Shown: positions 27,224 to 38,703, counted from the first letter of the stretch. The stretch: 64,000 bases of DNA from Candidatus Kapaibacterium sp. (GCA_963664875.1 OY761611.1:992001-1056000); one strand, 5' to 3'. Numbers and translations: made by a program. Notes: generated by a model not told the origin, from the letters alone.

Positions 27224-28501
27224 TTACTCTCTCGATTTTGCTCTTTTAATAATTCTCTCTGTTTCTTCATGAGCCTCCTGCAAAGCCAGTTCAGGGCTTT
27301 GCTTGGCATAAAGTACCTGCTCTAAAGCATTCTCTATGATTGCTTCCATTTTTAACCACTTGGGATGAACCGGTGTCATTTTTGCATATTTCAGTTGGGC
27401 TGCAAAAACGGCTCTCAATGGTTGTGTTTGATAAAACTCATCATTGAAATAGTTCTTATCACATGGGAATCCTGCTTCAGGTATCATTTTGCAGAATTCT
27501 ATGGCATTTATCCCATCTGTAATGAATTTTGCAAATTCAACTGCTGCTTTGTGTTGGCTTTTTGCATTAACAGCTATGTACTCTCCACCTGCAAAGCTAA
27601 TTCCAGGTGAAGTTTCAGTACCTGCGGATGCCACCATAGAAGGCATTAGTGCAACTCCAAATCTCATAGTTGGATTTTCGCTCTGAATTTTATTCAAAAG
27701 CCAGGCACCTGAAAACCAAAATCCAACTTTACCTTGTGCAAACATTGCATCTAACTGCTTTTGAGTTTCCTGCACCCCGTAGCCTGCTAATGTTACATAA
27801 TCATAAAATGCTGCAATGTTTTCTTTAGAATTTAGCACAAGATTGCCGGCTTCGTCAATGATATCTCCTCCATGGCTCCACATAAATGGAATAATCTTTT
27901 TATACAAACGATGCTGATCTGCCCCATTTGCACCAAACCCATAGATTTCGCTATTGAGATTGTTCACTTTTTCTGCTGCAAACATCAATTCCTGAATGTC
28001 TTTAGGTGCTAATGTATCTATGCCTGCCCTTTCCATCAAATCTTTGTTGTAGAACATCACTCTCGTGTCTGTTATCCAAGGCAGTGCGTACATTTTGTCG
28101 TTCCATTTGCATGGAGCTAAAGTAAAATCTATAAACTTTGTAAAGTCTGCTAAAGTGTCTAAATCTTTGAGTACGCCGGAAGATGAGAACTGAGCTACCC
28201 AATCGGAACCAAGCTCCAAAACATCCGGAGCTGTGTTAGAGTTAAAGGCTGCCATGAGTTTGGTCTTGCCATCATTCCAACTTAGCTCGGTTACATTTAC
28301 TTTATAACCGCTTTGAGCTTCAAATTTGGCAATGAGTTTAGAAATAGCTTCTCTTTGATAAGGCTCACTCCAAAAGTGCCAAAAACTAATCTCTTTCCTC
28401 TCTGATTTCTCGGGTTGTTTATCAGTTTCGCTACAGGCAGATACAAAAAATACTGCCAATATAATCACGATTGTGATGCTAATCAACTTCTGCATAATCA
28501 T
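27224..28501 (-). CDS. Sugar-type ABC solute-binding lipoprotein (SBP family 1)
   Basis: Lipobox VSAC; ISFWHFW, APDVLELGSDW, YALPW..DTRVMFYNKDL, FAGGEYIAV. Confidence 0.9.
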   Translation of the reverse strand: MIMQKLISITIVIILAVFFVSACSETDKQPEKSERKEISFWHFWSEPYQREAISKLIAKFEAQSGYKVNVTELSWNDGKTKLMAAFNSNTAPDVLELGSDWVAQFSSSGVLKDLDTLADFTKFIDFTLAPCKWNDKMYALPWITDTRVMFYNKDLMERAGIDTLAPKDIQELMFAAEKVNNLNSEIYGFGANGADQHRLYKKIIPFMWSHGGDIIDEAGNLVLNSKENIAAFYDYVTLAGYGVQETQKQLDAMFAQGKVGFWFSGAWLLNKIQSENPTMRFGVALMPSMVASAGTETSPGISFAGGEYIAVNAKSQHKAAVEFAKFITDGINAIEFCKMIPEAGFPCDKNYFNDEFYQTQPLRAVFAAQLKYAKMTPVHPKWLKMEAIIENALEQVLYAKQSPELALQEAHEETERIIKRAKSRE

Positions 28502-28810
28502 CCGTTATATTTAATTTTAAAATTCTATTCTATATTTGAAAATATCTTTGCTTATTTTTGCCTTCGTACCAAATAATCAAAGCTATTTTCTATTTGAATT
28601 TCGCATATTAAGTCAAAATAATCAAATATCTTGTGATAATAAAATGATAGTGCTAAATCGCCTTTTTTAAATGATATTAGGGATTTATTACCTGATTTTT
28701 TTTATTCACACTCCTATAATGTGCAAACATAATGGTTGCTCTTTATACAATTTATCACTATCTTGTATTCCCATAGACACGCATTTTACAAACAAAAATA
28801 GATTAGTGCA

Positions 28811-30445
28811 ATGGGTGACGAACTTAATTCCGCAAAGAAAAATACCAAGTACATTTTTATCACAGGCGGTGTGGTTTCTTCTCTTGGTAAAGGTATCGCA
28901 ACAGCTTCCCTTAGTTTCCTTCTAAAACAACGTGGCTATTCGGTTACTATCATGAAACTTGACCCTTACATCAACGTTGATCCGGGTACTATGAACCCTT
29001 TTCAGCATGGTGAAGTTTATGTTACTGACGATGGCGCAGAAACTGATTTAGATTTAGGACACTACGAAAGGTTCCTAAGCGAATCGCTTACTAAAGAAAA
29101 CAATCACACTACAGGACAGGTTTATTACGAAGTCCTTATGAAAGAAAGACGTGGGCATTACCTTGGCAAAACTGTTCAGGTTATTCCTCATATTACCGAT
29201 GAAATCAAAAAAAGAATCCAAACTTTCGACGGCAAGTTTGACATAGTTCTTTTAGAAATCGGTGGTACAGTGGGCGATATCGAATCGCTTCCTTTCTTAG
29301 AAGCTCAAAGACAGATGTGGTTAGAGCGTGGTCAGGAAAATGTTTTGAATATTCATTTGACCTATATCCCGTACCTAGAGTCTGCAGGAGAAATTAAAAC
29401 AAAACCGACGCAGCACTCTGTCAAAGCTCTTATGGAATTTGGTATCAGACCTGATATCCTAATGTGCCGTACAGAGCACAAAGTTTACAAAGACACTCGC
29501 CAAAAGATTGCTCTTTTCTGCAGTGTCAACGAAGAAGCAGTATTTGATGTCGAAAATGCTGCACATTCTATTTACGAAGTCCCGTTGATGTTTGCCAAAA
29601 AGAAAGTTGCGGAAATAGTTCTTAGAAAATTGCATCTGCCGGAAAACGAATTAGATATAGACACATGGAAAAAATTCGTAAGCCGTATCAAATCACCTAA
29701 ACACGAAGTTACTGTAGCTTTAGTAGGTAAATATACCCAATACAGAGATTCTTACAAATCTATCTTAGAAGCATTTATTCATGCCGGTTCTATCAATAAT
29801 ACCAGAGTAAATGTTGAGCTTATCGACTCTGAGGAATTAACCAAAGACAATGTTGCAGAAAGATTGCAAAATGTAGGCGGTATCCTCATCGGCCCGGGCT
29901 TTGGAGATAGAGGAATTGAAGGCAAAATCAACGCCATTCAGTACGTAAGAGAAAACAATATACCTATGTTTGGTATTTGCCTTGGGATGCAATGTACAGT
30001 TATCGAATTTGCCAGAAATGTAGCAAATATCGCTGACGCTCATTCAGGTGAATTTAATAAAAATGCTTCCTGCGTTATTGATCTGATGGACGAACAGAAA
30101 AAAGTCAAAAACAAAGGCGGTACTATGCGTCTCGGAGCTTACCCATGTGTGGTAAAAGAAGGTACAAAAGCTTTCGAAGCTTACGAATCCACTGAGATTT
30201 CTGAAAGACATAGACATAGATACGAATTTAACAATGACTACCGCGAAGAATTGGAAAAACATGGTTTGGTTTTAAGTGGTATGTCTCCGGACGGAAAACT
30301 TGTAGAAATCGTAGAACTTCCTACTCATCCTTGGTTTGTTGGGGTTCAATTCCATCCTGAACTAAAATCTAGGGCTGTTACAGGTCATCCTTTGTTTATT
30401 CAGTTTATCAAAGCTGTGCTTAAACAGCAAAAAGAACAGCAATAA
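28811..30445 (+). CDS. pyrG: CTP synthase
   Basis: [44 protein letters not shown]. Confidence 0.99.
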   Translation: MGDELNSAKKNTKYIFITGGVVSSLGKGIATASLSFLLKQRGYSVTIMKLDPYINVDPGTMNPFQHGEVYVTDDGAETDLDLGHYERFLSESLTKENNHTTGQVYYEVLMKERRGHYLGKTVQVIPHITDEIKKRIQTFDGKFDIVLLEIGGTVGDIESLPFLEAQRQMWLERGQENVLNIHLTYIPYLESAGEIKTKPTQHSVKALMEFGIRPDILMCRTEHKVYKDTRQKIALFCSVNEEAVFDVENAAHSIYEVPLMFAKKKVAEIVLRKLHLPENELDIDTWKKFVSRIKSPKHEVTVALVGKYTQYRDSYKSILEAFIHAGSINNTRVNVELIDSEELTKDNVAERLQNVGGILIGPGFGDRGIEGKINAIQYVRENNIPMFGICLGMQCTVIEFARNVANIADAHSGEFNKNASCVIDLMDEQKKVKNKGGTMRLGAYPCVVKEGTKAFEAYESTEISERHRHRYEFNNDYREELEKHGLVLSGMSPDGKLVEIVELPTHPWFVGVQFHPELKSRAVTGHPLFIQFIKAVLKQQKEQQ

Positions 30446-30464
30446 ACAAACGCAAACACAAATG

Positions 30465-30506
30465 AAAAAAAGCCGTAAGAATTATAAAACTTACGGCTTT
30501 TCTTTT
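30465..30506. terminator. Bidirectional terminator (pyrG / SUF operon)
   Basis: AAAAGCCGTAAG...CTTACGGCTTTT. Confidence 0.85.
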
Positions 30507-30517
30507 ACATCAAAATT

Positions 30518-30916
30518 TTAGTGGTGATGACCACCACCACCACAACCACATGAGTGAACGTTGTTCGGATTATTAAATACAAAGCCACTGCCGTGCTCTG
30601 TTTCTTTATAGTCCAAAGTTACACCCATTAGGTAGAAAAGGCTTTTGTTATCTATAATCACACTCATTGAGTCTAATTCTACTACTTTATCGCCAGGATT
30701 TTCTTTATCGTCAAATCCCATCACATATTGCATACCTGAGCAACCACCACTCTGAGCACCTATTCTCAAGCGCATTTCGTCGCCAATGTTGTTTTCATTT
30801 TTAACAGCTATTACTTTATCAATAGCTTTTTGAGTGATGATAATATCATCTGCAGTTTCTGAACCGATTACTTCTGTCGGTATTCTTACTTCCATTTGCT
30901 GGATTGTATCGCTCAT
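30518..30916 (-). CDS. A-type Fe-S carrier (IscA/SufA/HesB family)
   Basis: GGCSGMQY, LDY, GFVFNNPN..SCGCG. Confidence 0.93.
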   Translation of the reverse strand: MSDTIQQMEVRIPTEVIGSETADDIIITQKAIDKVIAVKNENNIGDEMRLRIGAQSGGCSGMQYVMGFDDKENPGDKVVELDSMSVIIDNKSLFYLMGVTLDYKETEHGSGFVFNNPNNVHSCGCGGGGHHH

Positions 30917-30939
30917 GGCGTATTCCTATTTATAATTTA

Positions 30940-31992
30940 TTAAACATCGAAATCTACATAAACATCATCAGACAAAGGGCGAGCGGTGCAAGATAATACA
31001 TATCCATCTGCAACTTCCTGCTCGGTTAGACCTTCGTTTTCGTCCATTTTTACTTCACCTGTGATCACTTTAGCTCTACAAGTGGAGCATGCTCCAATTT
31101 GGCAACTGTATGGAGGTTCCATACCTTCACGCATTGCAGCCATCACTATTGTTTCTTCAGGCTCGACGAGCATTTCCCGCTCTTCACCGTATATCTTGAT
31201 TTTTACTTTTCTTGCTTTATTTTCTTGTTGATTGTCATTTTTAACGGCAGGAGCATTAAAAGATTCTTTGTGAATATTTCTGTCAGTTACACCTGATTCC
31301 ATCAAAGTGGTTTCTACAGTTTCCATCATACCAGCCGGCCCACACATAAAATATTCCTTAGTCAAACCGGTATTGCCTTTACTAATGAAATCCTTAACAA
31401 GTTCCTTAGTGATTCTACCTTTCAAACCCTGCCATTTAGCTGTCGGGCGACTGTAAATATAAGTTATCTTGAATCTTTCGCCGTACTTTATCTGCAAGTT
31501 TTCAAAATCATTCGCAAATATAATTGATTGTTGATCTTTATTGGAATATAAAAGAAAAACTTTGCTTTTTGGCTCTACTGCCAAAGTAGTCTTGATTATC
31601 GACATTAGTGGAGTAATCCCACTCCCTGCACCTATGTGATAATATTCTTTTTCATTTTCAGGATTCAAATCAATAGTAAATCTTCCCATCGGTTTCATTA
31701 CTTCTACTTCGTCACCTTCATGCAATTCTTCTGTTATATATTTAGATACTTTACCATTAGCTATTTTTTTCACAGCTACGGTTACACCTTCATCTACCAC
31801 AGGGCTACTGCATATAGAATAAGCACGTCTTTCTTCTTTTCCATCTACATCAAATTTAAGCGTCAGGAACTGACCATGCTTATATTCGAATATATCTTTC
31901 AGGCTTTCAGGTATCTCAAAAGATAAAGCAACCGCTTCATCTGTTTCTCTGATTACATTACTTACCTTTAGTTTGTGAAATTGTTTTCCCAT
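30940..31992 (-). CDS. FAD/NAD(P)H ferredoxin reductase with C-terminal [2Fe-2S] domain (PaaE-like)
   Basis: RAYSICS, GAGSGITP, MCGP, YSCQIGACSTC...LSC. Confidence 0.9.
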   Translation of the reverse strand: MGKQFHKLKVSNVIRETDEAVALSFEIPESLKDIFEYKHGQFLTLKFDVDGKEERRAYSICSSPVVDEGVTVAVKKIANGKVSKYITEELHEGDEVEVMKPMGRFTIDLNPENEKEYYHIGAGSGITPLMSIIKTTLAVEPKSKVFLLYSNKDQQSIIFANDFENLQIKYGERFKITYIYSRPTAKWQGLKGRITKELVKDFISKGNTGLTKEYFMCGPAGMMETVETTLMESGVTDRNIHKESFNAPAVKNDNQQENKARKVKIKIYGEEREMLVEPEETIVMAAMREGMEPPYSCQIGACSTCRAKVITGEVKMDENEGLTEQEVADGYVLSCTARPLSDDVYVDFDV

Positions 31993-32007
31993 TGCATCAA
32001 TTCATTA

Positions 32008-32325
32008 TTATAACATTCCGAGTTCTAACTTGGCGGCATCACTCAGAAGATCCATCGTCCAAGGTGGGTCGAAAGTCAGCAGCACTTTTGCATTTGTTAC
32101 TTCAGGTATTTCCCTTATCCTTTCCTGTACGTCGGTGGGTAATCCCTCAGCCACCGGACAGTTAGGCGAAGTAAGAGTCATTAGTACTACTACTTCATTC
32201 TGAGCTGTTACGCTAATATCGTAAATCAATCCTAAATCATAAATATTTACCGGTATTTCCGGGTCAAATATATCTTTAATTTCGTTGATAACCTTTTTTT
32301 CTAATTCTTGTGGTGAGATAGACAT
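32008..32325 (-). CDS. sufT: DUF59/SufT Fe-S assembly protein
   Basis: DPEIPVNIYDLGLIY, MTLTSPNCP, TFDPPW. Confidence 0.9.
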   Translation of the reverse strand: MSISPQELEKKVINEIKDIFDPEIPVNIYDLGLIYDISVTAQNEVVVLMTLTSPNCPVAEGLPTDVQERIREIPEVTNAKVLLTFDPPWTMDLLSDAAKLELGML

Positions 32326-32327
32326 AC

Positions 32328-32783
32328 CTATTCCTCCGTCTTCGCAGCTTGTTCATTTTCTTCGAGTGCATTCATCAATGTGTGCCAAGCTAAACTTGCA
32401 CATTTGACTCTTGCCGGGAACTCCCTCACTCCGCAAAAAACAGCAAGTTTTCCTAAATTGACTACATCAGGATCTGAATTTGGATCAGAAGTAACCAAAT
32501 CGTGAAACTCGTTGAACATTTGCTTTGCCTGCTCTACGGTTTTGCCTTTGAGTAGCGTAGTCATTATCGAAGCCGAGGCTTTAGAAATGGCACAACCTGC
32601 ACCTTTGAATTTTACATCTTCAATCACACCATCTCTCATTTCGACAAATAAATCAATATGATCTCCACATAAAGGATTGTGTCCCTCTGCTGTGTGAGTA
32701 CATGTATCCAATATTCCGAAATTTCGAGGATTTTTGTTATGGTCTAAGATAACCTGTTGATATAACTCTTGTAATTCATTCAT
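32328..32783 (-). CDS. sufU: SufU-type Fe-S sulfur-transfer/scaffold protein
   Basis: LYQQVILDH..PRNFG, NPLCGD, GCAISKAS, ARVKCA with the SufU-type insertion. Confidence 0.93.
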   Translation of the reverse strand: MNELQELYQQVILDHNKNPRNFGILDTCTHTAEGHNPLCGDHIDLFVEMRDGVIEDVKFKGAGCAISKASASIMTTLLKGKTVEQAKQMFNEFHDLVTSDPNSDPDVVNLGKLAVFCGVREFPARVKCASLAWHTLMNALEENEQAAKTEE

Positions 32784-32797
32784 GATTTATGCCTTTC

Positions 32798-34021
32798 CTA
32801 ACTGAACATATCGATTATCTTTTCAATCGATTTTACTAAAACGTCTATCTCTTCCTTAGTATTGTAAAAAGAAAAAGATGCCCTTGATGTAGCAGGAACA
32901 TCAAACCTCCTCATAACCGGCTCTGTGCAGTGATGTCCGGTGCGAATTGCAACCCCGTCCATATCCATCATAGTACCGACATCATGCGGATGTGCTGCTT
33001 CCATTACGAAGGATAATACACTTGCTTTATGGTCGGCAGTGCCAATGATTCTGACTCCCGGAATAGCAGATACTTTTTCTGTGGCATAGTCCAATAACTC
33101 TTTTTCATAAGCAGCTATATTATCTAAGCCTAACTCAGAAATATACTTAATAGCAGCACCGAGCCCGATAGCACCTGCAATATTTGGAGTACCTGCTTCA
33201 AACTTCGCTGGTAGTTCGTTGTAAATTGTTTTTTCAAAGCTCACCGAAAGAATCATATCTCCACCCCCCTGATAAGGAGGCATTGCATTAAGATATTTCT
33301 TTTTACCATACAAGACACCTATACCAGTTGGTCCGTATATCTTATGACCTGAAAAAACTAAGAAATCCACATCAAGCTCTTTGACATCTATTTTGACGTG
33401 ATGTATTGACTGAGCTGCATCCATCATAACAGGTATTCCCCTGCTGTGTCCTGCATCTATAATCTTTTTGATAGGGTTTATCGTACCAAGCGAATTGGAA
33501 ATATGCACTACTGAAATAAGTTTAGTCTTCTCAGAAAGCAAATTCTCAAATTCTTCCCAAATTATTTCGCCTTTATCATTGATAGGAGCAACTTTCAGAA
33601 CGCATCCTATTTGCTCACAAAGCAATTGCCAAGGAACAATATTAGAATGATGCTCCATGTGCGAAATAAGCACTTCATCACCTTCTTTTAGATATTTTCT
33701 TCCAAAAGAGTTAGTAACTAAGTTAACAGAGTCAGTAGTCCCTTTTGTAAAAATAATCTCTTCAGTAGAATCAGCATTTATATAATCTTTTACAATTTTG
33801 CGTGCGTTTTCGTATTTATCAGTTGCTATTTGGCTAAGCTTATGAACACCTCTGTGAATATTACTATTATAATCTCTGTAAAATTCTTCTATAGCATCTA
33901 TTACGCATTGAGGCTTGTGTGATGTCGCAGCATTATCTAAATACACTAAATCTTTACCTCTGATTTTTTGTTTCAGAGTCGGGAAATCAGCACGCACTTT
34001 GTTTATATCAATAGTTGACAT
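32798..34021 (-). CDS. sufS: Cysteine desulfurase SufS
   Basis: YLDNAAT, EHHSNIVPW, SGHKIYGPTG, RTGHHC. Confidence 0.96.
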   Translation of the reverse strand: MSTIDINKVRADFPTLKQKIRGKDLVYLDNAATSHKPQCVIDAIEEFYRDYNSNIHRGVHKLSQIATDKYENARKIVKDYINADSTEEIIFTKGTTDSVNLVTNSFGRKYLKEGDEVLISHMEHHSNIVPWQLLCEQIGCVLKVAPINDKGEIIWEEFENLLSEKTKLISVVHISNSLGTINPIKKIIDAGHSRGIPVMMDAAQSIHHVKIDVKELDVDFLVFSGHKIYGPTGIGVLYGKKKYLNAMPPYQGGGDMILSVSFEKTIYNELPAKFEAGTPNIAGAIGLGAAIKYISELGLDNIAAYEKELLDYATEKVSAIPGVRIIGTADHKASVLSFVMEAAHPHDVGTMMDMDGVAIRTGHHCTEPVMRRFDVPATSRASFSFYNTKEEIDVLVKSIEKIIDMFS

Positions 34022-34088
34022 TATCCTAATCCTTGAATATCCTTTGTTTGAGAAACTAATTATTTTGAGTAGCTATCGAGCTAAAAGA

Positions 34089-35387
34089 TTAGAAACTTAA
34101 TCTATTTAGCACTAATTCAGTAGCATAGTTTCTCAAATCCTCAATTCCAATTCGTTCGATGACCTCACCGGCGAAAGCATTAAGTAGTAAGGTTCTTGCT
34201 TCTTTTTCGCCTATACCGCGAGCTCTTAAGTAAAACAATGATTCTTCATCAAGATAGCCGCAAGTAGCACCATGACTACATTTCACATCATCGGCATAGA
34301 TTTCAAGCTCAGGTTTTGTGTTTATAGTAGCATCATCCGAAAGCAAAATATTCTTATTTGATTGGTAAGCATTTGTTTTCTGTGCATCCGGTCGAACCAT
34401 TATCTTGCCGTTGAATATCCCTGTACCTTTATCATTCATAATACCTTTGTAAAATTCATTGCTTTCGCAATGTGGCATAGCATGATCAAGGTAAGTGTGA
34501 TTATCTATCGTGTTATCAGCATCAACATAATAAAAACCATCCATATCCGATTGGCAACCTGTGCCATTGAGAACTGTATTGATGTTATTTCTGATGAATT
34601 TGCCTGATAAACTTAAAACTGATGTCTTAAAGTGAGAATCTCGTTCCTGTTGCACTTGGATATTACCAAAGTAGTAAGACTTCTCAGTATCTGCCTGAAG
34701 CTTGTGGTACTCTGCTCTTGCATTTTGTGCCACAAAAACTTCGGAAACTGAATTAGTCAATGAAGCATTGTCACCCAAAGTGTGATTTGTTTCAATTATT
34801 TTTACAGAGGCATTTTCTGCTACATCAATCAAATTTCTAAAATAAGCTTTGGTAGATTTGTCTTTGCTGTCATTGATTACAACAATATGCAAAGGCTTAT
34901 CAATTACAGTATTTCTTTCTACTTTGATATATGCACCTTCAAACGCCATTGCTGCATTTAAAGCAAGGAAAGGATCTTTTTTGTAATCTGCTATTTTAGA
35001 ATATACAGCGGAAATTGTGCTATCTGCTAAAACATCAGCAAGATTTCTGATAAGCAGACCTTTCTCTTGAACAACATCAGATAAGTTCTCTTCAAACCTA
35101 CCATTTACAAAAACAAGTCTATACGCATCAAATCTCGGAACTAATGCTTGTAGCTCTTCTTTGCTTAAATTTCCACGAAGAGATAATTCAAAATCAAATT
35201 GATGCATAAACGCAAGTTTGGTATATTTCCAGTTTTCATGCTTCAAAGTAGGTATTCCTACTTCATTGAAAGCATCTAATGCTTCTTTTCTTTTGCTGAA
35301 AGAGTCAGATTGTTTCTGTCCGTTAAGCACATCAGACAGTATTTCAAACTCATTGGCAATTTTATTTATAAATTCAGTTTTTGACAT
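34089..35387 (-). CDS. sufD: Fe-S assembly protein SufD
   Basis: ENWKYT, FNGKIMV..AQKTNAYQ, KPELEIYADDVKCSHGAT. Confidence 0.95.
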   Translation of the reverse strand: MSKTEFINKIANEFEILSDVLNGQKQSDSFSKRKEALDAFNEVGIPTLKHENWKYTKLAFMHQFDFELSLRGNLSKEELQALVPRFDAYRLVFVNGRFEENLSDVVQEKGLLIRNLADVLADSTISAVYSKIADYKKDPFLALNAAMAFEGAYIKVERNTVIDKPLHIVVINDSKDKSTKAYFRNLIDVAENASVKIIETNHTLGDNASLTNSVSEVFVAQNARAEYHKLQADTEKSYYFGNIQVQQERDSHFKTSVLSLSGKFIRNNINTVLNGTGCQSDMDGFYYVDADNTIDNHTYLDHAMPHCESNEFYKGIMNDKGTGIFNGKIMVRPDAQKTNAYQSNKNILLSDDATINTKPELEIYADDVKCSHGATCGYLDEESLFYLRARGIGEKEARTLLLNAFAGEVIERIGIEDLRNYATELVLNRLSF

Positions 35388-35404
35388 TATTTTACCTGAT
35401 TTAA

Positions 35405-36160
35405 TTAGTCAACAAGTTCTTTAATCCAATCGTATCCTTTTTCTTCCAACTCTAAAGCTAATTCTTTAGTTCCTGATTTTACTATACGACCTTTGTACAA
35501 AACGTGAACATAGTCAGGTACTATATAATCCAACAATCTTTGGTAGTGAGTGATTACAACAAAAGAATTATTCTCATTTTTCAATTTGTTTACACCTGAG
35601 GCTACTACTCTTAAAGCATCTATATCAAGCCCTGAGTCTGTTTCGTCCATGATAGCCAATTTAGGTTCGAGCATGGCCATCTGGAATATTTCGTTTCGTT
35701 TCTTCTCTCCACCTGAAAAACCTTGATTGACCGAACGGGTTAGAAATTGAGAATCAAGTTCTACGTAAGCAGCTTTTTCTTTCATTAACTGAAGGAAATC
35801 CATTGCATCTAAGGCATCTTGACCTCTATGTTTTCTTACCTCATTTACCGCAGTCTTCATAAAGTTTGCATTAGAAACTCCGGGAATTTCTACAGGATAT
35901 TGGAACGCTAAAAACATACCTTCTCTTGCTCTATCTTCAGGAGCCATTTCAAACAAATCTTTTCCGTCAAATGTTACTTTACCTTCCGTAACTTCAAATT
36001 CCTCTTTGCCTGCTAAAACAGATGCGAGAGTGCTTTTCCCTGAGCCGTTAGGTCCCATAATAGCATGAATTTCACCGGGTTTGACTTCCAAATTCAAACC
36101 GTGCAATATTTCTTTTCCGTCAATATTTGCTTTCAGATTTTCTATTTTTAAGAGTGACAT
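35405..36160 (-). CDS. sufC: Fe-S assembly ATPase SufC
   Basis: MGPNGSGKST, FQYPVEIPG, FSGGEKKRNE, DETDSGLDID. Confidence 0.97.
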   Translation of the reverse strand: MSLLKIENLKANIDGKEILHGLNLEVKPGEIHAIMGPNGSGKSTLASVLAGKEEFEVTEGKVTFDGKDLFEMAPEDRAREGMFLAFQYPVEIPGVSNANFMKTAVNEVRKHRGQDALDAMDFLQLMKEKAAYVELDSQFLTRSVNQGFSGGEKKRNEIFQMAMLEPKLAIMDETDSGLDIDALRVVASGVNKLKNENNSFVVITHYQRLLDYIVPDYVHVLYKGRIVKSGTKELALELEEKGYDWIKELVD

Positions 36161-36211
36161 CTTTAAAAGTCCTATTTCTATTTTATTTACAATTTATTTC
36201 AAGATTTATGA

Positions 36212-37666
36212 TTAGCCAACGCTGCCTTCTAAGCTGATAGCGAGCAATTTCTGAGCTTCCACTGCAAACTCCATAGGAAGTTTGTTTAGCACTTCTTTAG
36301 CGTAGCCATTTACAATCAAAGCTACTGCATCTTCAGTATTTATTCCTCTTTGATTTAAATAGAAGATGATATCTTCAGAAATTTTAGAAGTTGTGGCTTC
36401 GTGCTCTACCACTGCTGATTTGTTTTCTATTTCTAAATAAGGGAAAGTATGTGCACCGCACTTATCACCAATAAGCAAGGAATCACATTGGGAAAAGTTT
36501 CTCGCTCCGCTTGCTTTTTTATTGACTTTCACCAAACCACGATAGCTGTTTTCAGATTTACCGGCAGAAATGCCTTTAGAAACAATTCGGCTTTTAGAAT
36601 TTTTTCCGATATGTATCATTTTGCTGCCTGTGTCAGCAATTTGTCTGTTATTTGTCATTGCCACTGAGTAAAACTCACCAATAGACTCTTCACCTTTCAA
36701 TATGCAGCTTGGGTATTTCCATGTAATAGAAGAACCTGTTTCAACTTGAGTCCATGATATTTTTGATTTATAACCTGCACAAAGCCCACGCTTGGTTACA
36801 AAGTTATAAATACCACCCTTGCCTTCTTTATCGCCAGGATACCAGTTTTGTACTGTTGAGTATTTGATTTCAGCTCTTTCCATAGCAACGAGCTCTACTA
36901 CTGCAGCATGCAACTGATTTTCGTCTCTCATCGGAGCTGTGCAGCCCTCAAGATAAGAAACATAACTACCTTCATCTGCAATAATCAAAGTTCTTTCAAA
37001 CTGACCGGTTGCCGAAGCATTGATTCTAAAATATGTAGATAATTCCATAGGAGATCTTACTCCTTTTGGAATATAAACAAAGGAACCATCGCTGAAAACT
37101 GCAGAGTTAAGAGCCGCAAAGTAATTATCTGTGTAAGGCACCACACTGCCCAGATATTGCTTTACTAATTCAGGATGTTCCTGCAATGCTTCGCTTATTG
37201 GCATAAAAATAATACCATGCTTAGCTAATGTATCTTTAAAAGTAGTAGCTACTGAAACGCTGTCCATGACAGCATCTACAGCTATACCTTGCAATTTTTT
37301 CTGTTCATTCAAAGGGATTCCGAGCTTCGCGTAAGTATCTAAAATCTCAGGATCTACTTCGTCTAAGCTCTTTGGTCCTTCTTTTTTCTTAGGAGCAGCA
37401 TAATAGTGAATATCCTGATAATCAATAGGCGGATAGCTCAATTTTGCCCATTCCGGTTCTTTCAATGTAAGCCAGTGCCTAAAAGCTTTTAGTCTGTATT
37501 CGAGCATAAACTCAGGTTCATTCTTTTTTGCAGATATAAACCTGATAGTATCCTCGTCCAAACCCTTTGGAGCAAATTCCTGTTCGATATTGGTCGTAAA
37601 GCCATATTTATAATCGCTCTTCGTAAGATCTTCGAGGTACTGCTGTTCAGCCTGCTCTTTATTCAT
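36212..37666 (-). CDS. sufB: Fe-S assembly protein SufB
   Basis: [45 protein letters not shown]; ATG 37666 overlaps the Rrf2 gene stop. Confidence 0.97.
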   Translation of the reverse strand: MNKEQAEQQYLEDLTKSDYKYGFTTNIEQEFAPKGLDEDTIRFISAKKNEPEFMLEYRLKAFRHWLTLKEPEWAKLSYPPIDYQDIHYYAAPKKKEGPKSLDEVDPEILDTYAKLGIPLNEQKKLQGIAVDAVMDSVSVATTFKDTLAKHGIIFMPISEALQEHPELVKQYLGSVVPYTDNYFAALNSAVFSDGSFVYIPKGVRSPMELSTYFRINASATGQFERTLIIADEGSYVSYLEGCTAPMRDENQLHAAVVELVAMERAEIKYSTVQNWYPGDKEGKGGIYNFVTKRGLCAGYKSKISWTQVETGSSITWKYPSCILKGEESIGEFYSVAMTNNRQIADTGSKMIHIGKNSKSRIVSKGISAGKSENSYRGLVKVNKKASGARNFSQCDSLLIGDKCGAHTFPYLEIENKSAVVEHEATTSKISEDIIFYLNQRGINTEDAVALIVNGYAKEVLNKLPMEFAVEAQKLLAISLEGSVG

Positions 37667-38129
37667 TACTTTTACCTTCAAATTTATAATTTAATATTTC
37701 ATTTGCATCAATTAAAGAAACCCTGTTTTTGCAAATATCAGCCAAACTGGTGGATTTCAGAATTATATTGATTCTCTGCTGTATATCCTGCATTGGAGAG
37801 CGTAGAGTGCAATCTTCTTCTCTAACGCAACTGCATTCACTATCTTCAGTGAGACAATCAACTACTTTAATCTCGTCATTTTGTGCATTTATTATATCTG
37901 CCAAAGAAATCAAAGTGGCAGGTCTGCTAAGTACATATCCGCCTTTAATTCCCTGCTTTGATTCAATTATTCCGTTTTTCATTAGTTTCTGTAGAGCTTT
38001 CGACAAAAACTCAAAAGAAATATTAAGCTGCTCTGCGATTTCCTTTGCAGATACTATTCCTTTCGAATTCATAGCCATGTACTGTACAGCGAGTATTGCG
38101 TATTCAACTTTCTTAGAGAGTTTGAACAT
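37659..38129 (-). CDS. Rrf2-family (IscR/SufR-like) regulator
   Basis: [16 protein letters not shown], Cys cluster DCL..ECSC..EDC; first gene of the SUF operon. Confidence 0.9.
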   Translation of the reverse strand: MFKLSKKVEYAILAVQYMAMNSKGIVSAKEIAEQLNISFEFLSKALQKLMKNGIIESKQGIKGGYVLSRPATLISLADIINAQNDEIKVVDCLTEDSECSCVREEDCTLRSPMQDIQQRINIILKSTSLADICKNRVSLIDANEILNYKFEGKSNE

Positions 38130-38182
38130 AGATATTTGCCTATAGTGCCGTTGTTTTCGTATATGTCATTCGACGATTATCT

Positions 38183-38296
38183 AAATAGGACTATTGTAAT
38201 CCCATTTACAAAAATAGGGATTATTTTCGGCTCTGCAAATGAAGTTTTAATAATATGAGTGGATTTCTATAATTAGGACTGAAAAGGTCTGCTAAT
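38183..38296 (-). promoter_or_regulatory. SUF operon promoter flanked by two IscR-like boxes
   Basis: Minus strand TTTG (38239-38236), 19-nt spacer, TATTTTTG (38216-38209); boxes AAATAGGACTATTGTAATCCCATTT (38183-38207) and AATTAGGACTGAAAAGGTCTGCTAAT (38271-38296). Confidence 0.6.
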
Positions 38297-38703
38297 ATAC
38301 ATAATTTCCTATTATATCAGAAAGTAAAGTTTTATTTGAATGCAGGCAATAACAAATTAAATCTACTACTATGTTTTTTTCTTAATAGACATATTCATGT
38401 TTTTCCTTGCTCTTTCTTTTAGTATTCTATAAATAAATAATTTTATCAGTTAGCCACCTAGCCCTCTCTATCTTTCAATTGATGTAATTTTTATAAACGA
38501 AATTTCTCATAGCTTATTAGAGCGAATGTATGATTTAATCGTAGGTTTAGCTGTTTTCAAATACAGAATTATTCATAATAAAATCCAACATATCGATAAT
38601 ATTTTTATATAAAGTTCGTAGTATATCAATAACTACAGATGATATTTTTCTCAATTCATTGATAGTTGAGCTGCAAATGTAGGTTAAATTTTAAAGGCAT
38701 TTT

